From NCBI RefSeq assembly GCF_001194135.2, contig NC_069001.1, positions 21,289,300 to 21,322,089 on the forward strand: a stretch of DNA of 32,790 nucleotides, in the 5' to 3' direction. This stretch comes from Octopus bimaculoides. Its lineage: Eukaryota. Under the pieces are notes generated by a model. It was given only the letters and a program-made list of their open reading frames with translations, did no database searches and was not told where the DNA came from. Below, piece by piece: positions 1 to 10,868 of the stretch. The position numbers were made by a program, and so were the translations under genes. The stretch's first letter is position 1; each line of letters opens with the position of its first letter.

Positions 1-27
1 ATATATATATATATACATGTATATATC

Positions 28-172
28 TATGTTTGTGTGTGTCTTTTAGTCTGTGTCTGTCCCCATCATTGCCTGACGACCAGTGCTGGTGTGTTTACGT
101 CTCCGTAACTGTAGCGATTCGGTAAAAGAGACCGATAAAATAAGTACTAGGCTTAAGAAATAAGCCCTGGGG
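28..172 (+). mobile_element. SINE family A, 3' half
   Basis: Co-linear with the 3' half of the full copy at 16401-16801 (…gtgtttacgtctccgtaact…ggtaaaagagaccgataaaataagtactaggctta…). Confidence 0.85.
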
Positions 173-299
173 GAGGATTAGGATTATGGCCCTTTTGCAG
201 CCTTGTTTATGTAGTAATAATTTCAGTTTGGAAGAAGTTATGCATGTATGTTTGTATTAATATTCACGTTCGGCATTATACAATATTCACAAATTAATG

Positions 300-1560
300 C
301 AAATAAAGTAAGTTGTCTCATCAGGTCACCAGAACAACATGATTACATCAACAATTCAAGTCTAAATGTTGCAATGTGTTACTAGCATGTCTCATTTTCT
401 TTTTGTTCAAAGGCTGGACCAGTTTCTTGGTACAATTTTGGTGCTGGCGATATAATCGATAAACGTTTTTACCCTTGTTGGGTAACGTCATTGACTAATG
501 AATTACTTAATTGCTTTACAATAAAAATATTTGCTAGCTAATAGCTAATCAATATGCTGATTATTTCTATTGTCCAATTAGAACATAAACATAGAATGTG
601 ATGAAAGCTAGAATGTATTTTGGAATCTCACAATCATTGCGCATTTGGTGACTGTAAGACTGAATGCCAGTTCTTAATGGTTCCTTCATCGAAATCTATG
701 ACGGTGATGCCAAATTCATATATTTCTAACATTTTGATAAGCCTGTCAAAAGTTTTCCTAGCCTATGTTAGGTTTTTGTTTGTTCTTATCATCTAATACC
801 ATTAATACTATCTTGTCAATAAGGAATCAATTAATTGTTCCATAGATGTTGGCGGATGGGAGAAATGTTGGTGATTGGGTATTAGTCGATTATATATATA
901 TATCTAATATATGGCTGGTATCTTATTTCATCGACACCGAAATTATGAAGCTTTGCCTCAACAAGATTTGGACACTGTAAGTAAACTGTCACAAGAAATA
1001 ACGAATGTATTTCTTTTTATCAAAAATGAATGTTTTATATTGTTTTATTTGGAGTATTATTGTTCTTACCATGTAAAGTCATAGAAAATATTCAAAGAAT
1101 ATTTAAAAAGATAAGGTTTTGAGAGAAGTGTTTTCTAAATGTTCAACCTTTTCAATTTACTATTTAAAGCAGATAACTTTTGCTCGAAGCATTCCAGTGT
1201 TTGTAGCAATGTTTGTTTATTGTTTATATTGTATCTAATTATCTTCCCGGATGTATTCTCGTTAATTTTCATACAGAGAAGCTATGTAACTCCCTCTGGG
1301 ATAAATCCGTTGCATAATGTATCTAGTGGGTTATTAATTTACTCTTCAAGTATTCTGTGTTGATACAGTTTGGTTATTTATTTGTTGTTTTCTTTCAGTT
1401 TATCAGCATTTAATGATGTAATGATATTTTGGTCATTTAGCCCTTATGGTCTATTGTTATGCTAGAGCAAAAGATTTGCTTAATTTGGCAACAGAATTTC
1501 CTTTCTAAAATATCATAAAAAATATTTCTAATCTATATTTGCAATATAGCTCACAGCCAG
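300..1560 (-). mobile_element. Highly degraded R4/Dong-like non-LTR retrotransposon remnant (N-terminal region and RT start)
   Basis: Manual minus-strand translation gives LECFEQKLSALNSKLKRL (~1150-1200), EQLIDS (~825-843) and RKTFDRLIKMLEIYEFG…IKNWHSVL (~660-770), which resemble R4/Dong RT-region motifs. Many stops and indels; boundaries are approximate. Confidence 0.4.
875..980 (-). mobile_element. SINE family B, degenerate internal fragment
   Basis: Weak similarity to 16840-16945 (…gtcgatta…ctggta…ttatttcatcgacaccgaa…atgaa…cctc…gatttg). Confidence 0.45.
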
Positions 1561-1645
1561 CCTGATTATTCTATGTTGTTGAGTAAGAGAATATCTTGTA
1601 AGTATGGCTACTGGTCATGGGAATTACTACACACAAACGCACTCA

Positions 1646-1781
<136 letters not shown>

Positions 1782-2245
1782 GACAACACCAACTTGTATA
1801 ACTGCAAAGGAATGTTGCCGAAAGCCAACAGCAGAAAATTCTAAGGAACCATGCATACAACAACTTTTTACAGATAATTTCAAAACAGCGACAATGTTCG
1901 CCTTGCTTTGATATACATTGTGTGTTTTTTTAAAATCTAAGACTATGAACAAATTTCATCTCAGACAATAAACAATTCCACAGCATCATGCCTTCTAAAT
2001 GCGTGTATACATTTACTATAATATGCTGATGGTGATACACACACAAACACACACTCACACACACACACAAACATATATATATATATATATGTATTTATGT
2101 AAGCATGTATTCCTGTATGTGTGTGTGTGTGTGTAGCAGGTACACTCACACACACTATCACACACTATCAGTTGTATATCAGACAAATAAAATGTATCTC
2201 CCATGTTCTACAAGATATTTGCTACTACAGACTTAAAATAATACC

Positions 2246-2304
<59 letters not shown>

Positions 2305-2305
<1 letters not shown>

Positions 2306-2719
2306 AAACTACCATAATAAACATATTGTACCGAATGCAAGAGAATGCAACTCTGGAAGCGAGCCTCTTAAATTCAGACTCAGCTGCATATCATATGATT
2401 TCGTAATTAGTGCACAGAGTGCACTTTTTACTCGTCAGTGCATGTACCGAGATGCAATTCGAAAAGTCCGTCTCTTACATAGATATATAAGTGTAAACAA
2501 TTTCTATGTACGATGCCGGATACATGTGGTGTTCGTCTGGTATGTTGATTTTTGTTCATTTTTATGTGCCTTGATTATGCTTGCACTGACGAGTAAAAAG
2601 TGCATTTTGTGCACTAATTAAGAAATCATATGATATGCAGCTAAGTTTGATTTTGAGAGGCTCGCTTCGAGAGTTGCATTCCGTTGCATTAGCTACAATG
2701 TGTTTATAATGGTAGTTTT
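2305..2719. mobile_element. Foldback/MITE-like element with ~138-bp inverted arms
   Basis: 2305-2442 is the reverse complement of 2582-2719 with scattered mismatches; ~140-bp spacer; no ORF. Confidence 0.8.
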
Positions 2720-3704
2720 GACTTTAAGAGTCCCTCCTAGCGTGAGGCAATTATGTATAGTAATGTCCTTAATTTAAATAAATATATTTATAGGGAATAA
2801 TTAATAAATTCTTCCCCTATGAGGTTTTTCACACTAACTACTTGATACATTCTTATAAAGATTTAATCCTATANNNNNNNNNNNNNNNNNNNNNNNNNNN
2901 NNNNNNNNNNNNNNNNNNNNNNNNNNNNNNNNNNNNNNNNNNNNNNNNNNNNNNNNNNNNNNNNNNNNNNNNNNNNNNNNNNNNNNNNNNNNNNNNNNNN
3001 NNNNNNNNNNNNNNNNNNNNNNNNNNNNNNNNNNNNNNNNNNNNNNNNNNNNNNNNNNNNNNNNNNNNNNNNNNNNNNNNNNNNNNNNNNNNNNNNNNNN
3101 NNNNNNNNNNNNNNNNNNNNNNNNNNNNNNNNNNNNNNNNNNNNNNNNNNNNNNNNNNNNNNNNNNNNNNNNNNNNNNNNNNNNNNNNNNNNNNNNNNNN
3201 NNNNNNNNNNNNNNNNNNNNNNNNNNNNNNNNNNNNNNNNNNNNNNNNNNNNNNNNNNNNNNNNNNNNNNNNNNNNNNNNNNNNNNNNNNNNNNNNNNNN
3301 NNNNNNNNNNNNNNNNNNNNNNNNNNNNNNNNNNNNNNNNNNNNNNNNNNNNNNNNNNNNNNNNNNNNNNNNNNNNNNNNNNNNNNNNNNNNNNNNNNNN
3401 NNNNNNNNNNNNNNNNNNNNNNNNNNNNNNNNNNNNNNNNNNNNNNNNNNNNNNNNNNNNNNNNNNNNNNNNNNNNNNNNNNNNNNNNNNNNNNNNNNNN
3501 NNNNNNNNNNNNNNNNNNNNNNNNNNNNNNNNNNNNNNNNNNNNNNNNNNNNNNNNNNNNNNNNNNNNNNNNNNNNNNNNNNNNNNNNNNNNNNNNNNNN
3601 NNNNNNNNNNNNNNNNNNNNNNNNNNNNNNNNNNNNNNNNNNNNNNNNNNNNNNNNNNNNNNNNNNNNNNNNNNNNNNNNNNNNNNNNNNNNNNNNNNNN
3701 NNNN

Positions 3705-3747
<43 letters not shown>

Positions 3748-3788
3748 CGGATGTATGTGTATATATATGTATGAATGTATGTATATAT

Positions 3789-3945
3789 GTAGGCATGACT
3801 GTATGGTAAGAAGCTTGCTTCCCAATCACATTGTTCCGGGTTCAGTCCCACTGCATGGCACCGTGGGCAGGTGAATTCTAATATAGCCTCGAGACGACTA
3901 ATGCCTTGTGAGTGGGTTTAGTAGACGTAAACTGAAAGAAGCTCT
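3789..3945 (+). mobile_element. SINE family A, 5' half (tRNA-like head plus central domain)
   Basis: A-box-like tgactgtatgg and B-box ggttcagtcc; co-linear with 16401-16560. Confidence 0.85.
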
Positions 3946-3957
3946 GTGTGTGTGTGC

Positions 3958-3991
<34 letters not shown>

Positions 3992-4994
3992 NNNNNNNNN
4001 NNNNNNNNNNNNNNNNNNNNNNNNNNNNNNNNNNNNNNNNNNNNNNNNNNNNNNNNNNNNNNNNNNNNNNNNNNNNNNNNNNNNNNNNNNNNNNNNNNNN
4101 NNNNNNNNNNNNNNNNNNNNNNNNNNNNNNNNNNNNNNNNNNNNNNNNNNNNNNNNNNNNNNNNNNNNNNNNNNNNNNNNNNNNNNNNNNNNNNNNNNNN
4201 NNNNNNNNNNNNNNNNNNNNNNNNNNNNNNNNNNNNNNNNNNNNNNNNNNNNNNNNNNNNNNNNNNNNNNNNNNNNNNNNNNNNNNNNNNNNNNNNNNNN
4301 NNNNNNNNNNNNNNNNNNNNNNNNNNNNNNNNNNNNNNNNNNNNNNNNNNNNNNNNNNNNNNNNNNNNNNNNNNNNNNNNNNNNNNNNNNNNNNNNNNNN
4401 NNNNNNNNNNNNNNNNNNNNNNNNNNNNNNNNNNNNNNNNNNNNNNNNNNNNNNNNNNNNNNNNNNNNNNNNNNNNNNNNNNNNNNNNNNNNNNNNNNNN
4501 NNNNNNNNNNNNNNNNNNNNNNNNNNNNNNNNNNNNNNNNNNNNNNNNNNNNNNNNNNNNNNNNNNNNNNNNNNNNNNNNNNNNNNNNNNNNNNNNNNNN
4601 NNNNNNNNNNNNNNNNNNNNNNNNNNNNNNNNNNNNNNNNNNNNNNNNNNNNNNNNNNNNNNNNNNNNNNNNNNNNNNNNNNNNNNNNNNNNNNNNNNNN
4701 NNNNNNNNNNNNNNNNNNNNNNNNNNNNNNNNNNNNNNNNNNNNNNNNNNNNNNNNNNNNNNNNNNNNNNNNNNNNNNNNNNNNNNNNNNNNNNNNNNNN
4801 NNNNNNNNNNNNNNNNNNNNNNNNNNNNNNNATATATATATATATATATATATATATAGTTGAAGTGTGTGAAATGTGTTCCGTTAAGAACGTATTAGAG
4901 TACAAATAGCTCGTTCACCTTTAGAATTCCCAAATAGCCGGAAGTATTCTTATGGTATGCTACCAATTCTAGTCTTAGGTATTCCTTCTTTGTA

Positions 4995-5892
4995 AAAATA
5001 AAAAAAGTAAATAGTAAAAGAGTCAAAAGGAAGAGTAAGTACGGTTAGGCAGATTTTTAATGATCACTACAAATGTTTTGATACATATAGATCTACGTAT
5101 ATATACAGGATTAAAATTAAAATTAATATTAAAGTAAATTAGGTAACGATTTACCTGTATAATAAGATCCATACATATCTCCTCGGGTGATATTTAATCG
5201 CTGTCTCCGCAAGTAAATTTTATTTCAATGCTATTACATCCATGAATAGATAAATGTATAGGCGTTTATGTATGGGTGTGAATGTGTTTATTGATTGTAG
5301 GTGGGTATATGTATGCGTATGTGCATCTGAATGTATGTATATATATATCATTATATATATGCATGTATGTGTACGTGTCTCTGCGTGTGAGTATATGTGT
5401 GTATGTGTGTGTATGTATGGAAACTCTCAGAGATGTATGGTATATTGGTGTGTAAGTGATCGTATAAGTATGAGCAAATGGATGTGTGTATTTTGCGTAA
5501 TAATACAATTTGGCATGTGCAGAATAACACGTGAAACTAAATAAACGGACACCGTGCACGTTGTCGCTCATGTCAAACGTGTAATAACACACTCATAGCG
5601 AGCGGACTAAAACCGCCAGCGTTTGTTAGTTTCAAAGGAGCCATGGATGAATAGCTTTGAAATTAAAATTTAATTGCGGAGACAGCGATTAAATATCACC
5701 CGAGGAGATACGTATAGATCGTATTATACAGGTAAATCGTTACCTAATTTAATTTAATTTTAATTGAAGTTTAAATTTAATTCCTGTATATATACTATAT
5801 CTATATGTATCGAAACATTTGTATCGATCATTAAAAAGCTTCCTAACCGTACTTACTCTTCCTTTTGACTCTTTTATTCTTTACTTTTATTT

Positions 5893-5893
<1 letters not shown>
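4995..5893. mobile_element. Foldback element with ~250-bp inverted arms
   Basis: ~4995-5244 pairs with ~5642-5893 (e.g. aagagtcaaaaggaagagtaagtacggttagg / cctaaccgtacttactcttccttttgactctt); ~400-bp spacer. Confidence 0.85.

Positions 5894-5963
<70 letters not shown>
5894..5963. repeat. (TATC)n microsatellite
   Basis: Tetranucleotide run. Confidence 0.95.
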
Positions 5964-5964
<1 letters not shown>

Positions 5965-6034
5965 CATACATGTATATATATAAATATATATCTTATACAT
6001 ACATACAATACATACACACACACACATATATATA

Positions 6035-6290
6035 TAGGGAGAATTCACGAAAAAACAACAGACGAAGACGGGTGGTCTAAACAACAAATAGATGTATTAG
6101 TATAACGCTCGTGAATAGAGAAAGTCTATAACGTTTCGAGCCTACGCTCTTCAACAGAAAGGAACACAGAAAGAAACAAGGAGAGAAAAAAAATATGTGT
6201 AGTGGTCAGTGATCAATCATTGAACTTTGCACTCTCCGGCTGCACCTCTCCTGCCTACGGATTACACTGTACCTATCTACTATATATATA
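6035..6290 (-). mobile_element. Solo pLTR-like fragment of a Penelope-like element
   Basis: Contains a minimal hammerhead-like motif (6122-6160) of the kind carried by PLE pLTRs; no associated ORF; left flank is a (TA)n run, right end runs into a gap. Confidence 0.55.
6122..6160 (-). ncRNA. Minimal hammerhead-ribozyme-like motif (PLE type, variant core)
   Basis: Minus strand reads CUGUUGA-A-GAGC(GUAG)GCUC-GAAAC-GUUA: perfect 4-bp stem II and palindromic AACGUU stem III, but core A6 is U. Confidence 0.55.
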
Positions 6291-6447
6291 NNNNNNNNNN
6301 NNNNNNNNNNNNNNNNNNNNNNNNNNNNNNNNNNNNNNNNNNNNNNNNNNNNNNNNNNNNNNNNNNNNNNNNNNNNNNNNNNNNNNNNNNNNNNNNNNNN
6401 NNNNNNNNNNNNNNNNNNNNNNNNATATATATATATATATACATACA

Positions 6448-6483
<36 letters not shown>

Positions 6484-6484
<1 letters not shown>

Positions 6485-8740
6485 GTTTCGCAAAATACTT
6501 GCACATACAAGTGCTACCAGTCGAAAGCTCCGCATACTGGAAGCTAGCAAGTACATGAGGTCATCAGGAGAGAATGCGCGGCGTTTCGGGGCCTACTTCT
6601 CGACGGCATCATTGCGTACCGGTCCTCTTTCACTGATACGAGGTCCCGCTTTACGATAAGTTACGCCTAAGAATAACAACAGTCATATCACACCGTGTCC
6701 AACAAATCCCCTACATCCGACTTCGATTGGAAAATGCTCCACTTTCCAGCTTGCATCTTCACATTCCTTGAGGAGGTTTACATAACGGTCCATCTTTCGA
6801 GCCCCAGCGGCGTCCATGTTGTCTTCATAAGGAACCGTTACCTCAACTAGATTAATCACTTTCTTTCTTTCACACCACATTATAAGATCCGTTTTTGTTT
6901 TCGCAACTGGAATGGGAAAGGACCCTTGGCACTCTGGTAAATCTGTAGCCACCTGCCAACAGTCGCTACACTTTTCATCGTTCACGGGAAGTTTCTTCTC
7001 CTTATAACGGATCTGCTGTCCTTAGCGCATGAAGGTAATGAAATCTCTGATTGGTTCTTTCATCGGTTATTTTTCCACTGTTGATGAGAGCAATTTGGTT
7101 CTTTATAACATTGAAGATAACCTTAAGGACCAGTTTGTGTCTCCATGTATATCTATTCAATGTTAATGAACAGTTGTAAAGAATATGTTTCAGCGTTCCG
7201 ACCTTTCAGCATTTGCGTATATCATTCTCTGAGACGTTCCAACTTACTAGATTTGTAAGCGATCATAGGATGAACGAATCAGAAAACTTACCCGAGATGT
7301 AATCCACCTCCATATCACATTCTAGTTTATTTTTCTTTCAACAACATGTGCCTCCCATTTCGTCACCTGTCCTTGTTGAGGACATTGGATTAAATTAAGC
7401 TCTCTTCTCTGCTTTCCTTGCTTTGACGCTGTTGCTGACAACAGATCTGCATTGACTCCGCATCAAACTTGCAAACGGTCTGAACCGATATGCACCAAAA
7501 CTAAGACCCTTCCGACGAATCTGCGTTGCACCCACCATATCTTAGTGTGTAAGATACGTCAGAATGTCATCAGTCTCTGCTTCTGCTTTCCACTTCCTGA
7601 CCGTTTTGACATCTGGTGCATTACACCTGATTTCAATGTCCTTTGACTCTCTCAGCATCATCACCGTTCGTACCTTCCCTAGTTTATAAATTTCGACTAT
7701 TGACACCAATGGTAACTCCACGAGCCTAGTTTACGATAGAGAGTTGAACTGTTCCATACTCGGGGTAGGCCTAACCACTTTCTAATGAACATATTACATT
7801 TTTGTTCAATGATTTGAACTTGTGACAGTGCTACCTCGTATATTAAAAGTGGCCACGAAAGTCGCGGATACAAGCTGCAATGTAAGCACCAAATTTTATA
7901 TTTACCCGGTGGCTTTGAGTTGTCAGTTGCTGTTAATCTAATCTCGGCTTGTTTCATAACTTGCATCCCTCGACTCCTATCTGACAACGTTCCAACGTAT
8001 ACTCGACCAAGCTCTTGACATGTTCTTCCTTGACTGTTGGAATGCTTTCTTCGGCTATTTGAAACTTTACTTCTTTCTGCACTCCCTTAGTAAGTGTCTG
8101 ACTACGCGACTTTTTCGCTCTGAATCGCGTCCTTGACCACTTCACAAGCTCGTCTAGCACCAAGAGGGCACTCTGTATGATTTTCTTGTCTGTTGATAGA
8201 AGTGTCACATCATCCATGGAGGCCGTCCATGGCTCTCATCAGTAATTCGTGTAACACTGAACCATACGCATTAGCTAGGTCAATCCAAACGTCGTTCAGT
8301 TCAGACTTGTCTTGTTCTGTTTGGCATCCTGGATCGAAAAACAATGCTCAACATATCCAGGGATCCCTGGGATTCCGGCCTTTTGAACAGATTCATAATC
8401 ATATCCGTTACTCTGTAAATATGCCTCTGTTCTCCTTGAGAAAATTTCCATAAAGATCTTGCCTTTCACATTCTATAAGAATATCGGCCTCCACTGTTTT
8501 ATAGTCTCTGCAAGTATATGCCTTCTGCGTTACACCAATCTTCTACTAGAGTCTCTTCGCACGATATCTATCGGAGTAGGACAGAGAGTTTCCTTCGCAG
8601 ACGATTGCAGTATTTGTAAATTTTATACGAGACGCCATCACGTCCTGGGGCACTCTTTGCTCTAGCTTTTCTAACGAAATCATTCACTTCTTTCTCCCCG
8701 ATGTACCCAATTTAAAATTCGATATCAGGTTCTAAGAGAT
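6484..8740 (-). mobile_element. HERO-like RLE non-LTR retrotransposon, 5'-truncated, internally deleted and frameshifted
   Basis: RT motifs SAPGRDG, QKAGIPGIPG, VWIDLANAYGSV and MDDVTLL; thumb region PGKYKIWC…YPRLSWPLLIYEV…RKWLGLPR; zinc-knuckle remnant TLKHILYNC…RYTWRH; RLE domain KTDLIMW…LVEVTVPYED…KMDRY…WKVEHFPIEVGCRGF (ORF 6683-6985). HERO clade assigned from motif recall. Confidence 0.85.
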
Positions 8741-8751
8741 GCTTTAGCCCA

Positions 8752-8950
8752 TTTATATCTTTGTGTGTGTCTTTGTCTCTGTGCTTGTGCCCCACTCAGA
8801 ATTTGAGAGAAGCGGAGCTGGAGTGTTTACGTCCCCATAACTTGGCGATTCGCCAAAAGAATAGATAGAATAAATACCAAGCGTAAAAGATACACGCACC
8901 GGGGTCGATTTGTTCGAATAAAATTCTTCAAAACGGTTTATCAGCATTAC
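8752..8950 (+). mobile_element. SINE family A, degenerate 3' half
   Basis: gtgtttacgtccccataacttggcgattcgccaaaagaatagatagaataaatacc…ggggtcgatttgttcga matches 16640-16740. Confidence 0.75.
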
Positions 8951-8983
8951 TGAAAGAAGAAACAGATAAAAAAATAAAAGATG

Positions 8984-9037
<54 letters not shown>

Positions 9038-9106
9038 GTACGTACGTACATACGTATGTATGTATTTATGTATGTATGTATGTATGTATGCATGTATGTA
9101 TGTATG

Positions 9107-9160
<54 letters not shown>
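8984..9160. repeat. Compound microsatellite (TATC)n-(TACG/TATG)n-(TATC)n
   Basis: Direct inspection. Confidence 0.95.
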
Positions 9161-9161
<1 letters not shown>

Positions 9162-9199
9162 ACCCCATCTCTCTTTTCAATAATATATATATATATAAA

Positions 9200-9735
9200 T
9201 ATAATCATAAATATATAGGGATTGACAGTAACCTGCTTCTCCAACATACTGAGAAATTCAGAAATAGCAGTCAAAGAACTACTGATTTCAAAACCACAAA
9301 TTATTACTCTAGATTGATAGCGATATTTTTGATACACACAGAACAAAAAACAGTAGAGAAGAGTAAAAAAACCACCTGCCTTTAGTTAATTTAGTACGAT
9401 CGTTTCACAGTTAAGAGTAAAGAATACTCTATTCTGATCTTCAGCTAAATATTCTAATAAATATTCTAAATATTAGAATATTTAGCTGAAGATCAGAATA
9501 GAGTATTCTTTACTCTTAACTGTGAAACGATCGTACTAAATTAACTAAAGGCAGGTGGTTTTTTTTTTTTACTCTTCTCTACTGTTTTTTGTTCTGTGTG
9601 TATCAAAAATATCGCTATCAATCTAGAGTAATAATTTGTAGTTTTGAAATCAGTAGTTCTTTGACTGCTATTTCTGAATTTCTCAGTATGTTGGAGAAGC
9701 AGGTTACTGTCAATCCCTATATATTTATGATTATA
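9200..9735. repeat. Near-perfect 536-bp palindrome
   Basis: Arm 9200-9459 is the reverse complement of 9471-9735, with an 11-nt spacer (aatattctaaa). By eye they differ in one substitution and one homopolymer length (A7 vs T12). Confidence 0.95.
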
Positions 9736-9854
9736 AATGATTTTTACCGAAAAGGTTTTTCATACTGAGCTACCCGGCAAAATTGTTAATTATTAATTTT
9801 ATTACTAATTGACGATTTCCTGCCCTGCATATCTATATATAAATATATATTAAA

Positions 9855-10868
9855 TATAAGAGTGTATAAAATATTTTTATACACACAGAGGAGACCCTTG
9901 ACAGGACGCCTTACATGATAAAAAGGGCAGTTAAAACCCAAACCACGAAAAAAGAATTCATGAGGCACGCTATTATAACACTAGACCGAACAAAAAATGA
10001 ATTAGTTAATCCCGAACTCGAGTTTCACTATTAATTGCCAAATAAACTAATTTGGAATCAGTAGATCATCAGCAGGATCGGTAATTAACGAATAATTATG
10101 TAGTTGCAAATACCGAAAACACATGCGCAAGACAGCTACATCTTTATTTCTTATGTATTCGAACTTAGTGCGTGAGCGTAAACATATAGCACAGTAGTAA
10201 ATAATCAAATTTAAAACTGCGTCTCGTATAGCCTCAGAATTATAAATATTACTACCGTAAATATGAAGGTAATAAATTATTTTAATTTATTACCAGTGGC
10301 TAGCATCCATAAATAAATCATCAGACATAACATATTTTCAAAAAAATATAAGAATGTATAAAATATTTTTATACACAGAGAGGAGATCCTTACATGCTAA
10401 AAAGGGCAGTTAAAACCCAAACCATGAGCAAACGAATTCATGAGGCTCGTGCACTAAGTTCGAATCCATAATGGATAAAGATGTAGCTGTCTTGCGCATG
10501 TGTTTTCGGTATTCATTAATTAGCGATGCCGTTGATGATCTACAGATACCAAATTAGTCTATTTGGCAATTAATAGTAAAACTCAAGTTCGGGATTAACT
10601 AATTCATTTTTTTGTTCATTCTAGTGTTGTTATAACAGCGTGCCTAATGAATCCTTTTTCCGGGTTTGGGTTTTAACCCAAACCAGGAAAAAATATTCCC
10701 TTTTTAATCATCTAAGGAGTTCTGTCATGGGTCTCCTCTCTGTGTATAAAAATTATTTTATACACTCTTATAATTTTTAAAAATATGTTATGCCTTATGA
10801 CTTATTTATGCATGCTAACCACTGGTAATAAATTATTTAAATTTATTACCCTCATATTTACGATAGTA
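9855..10868. repeat. Modular foldback: B+C+, spacer, A+B+, C-B-A-
   Basis: B+ ~9855-9966, C+ ~9967-10177, A+ ~10250-10346, B+ ~10347-10446, C- ~10445-10641, B- ~10642-10772, A- ~10773-10868; the modules align by eye. Confidence 0.85.

Noticed and set aside
2834-4909. 300+ aa ORFs at 2834-3851 and 3898-4909, and similar ones at 6202-6558, 10785-11108 and 25343-25857
   Set aside because: Open only because they span N-gaps flanked by (TA)n; assembly artefacts.
10268-10303. Hairpin followed by CTAG, suggesting a Helitron 3' end
   Set aside because: The mirror copy has TTAG, the hairpin is AT-rich, and homology continues past the site.
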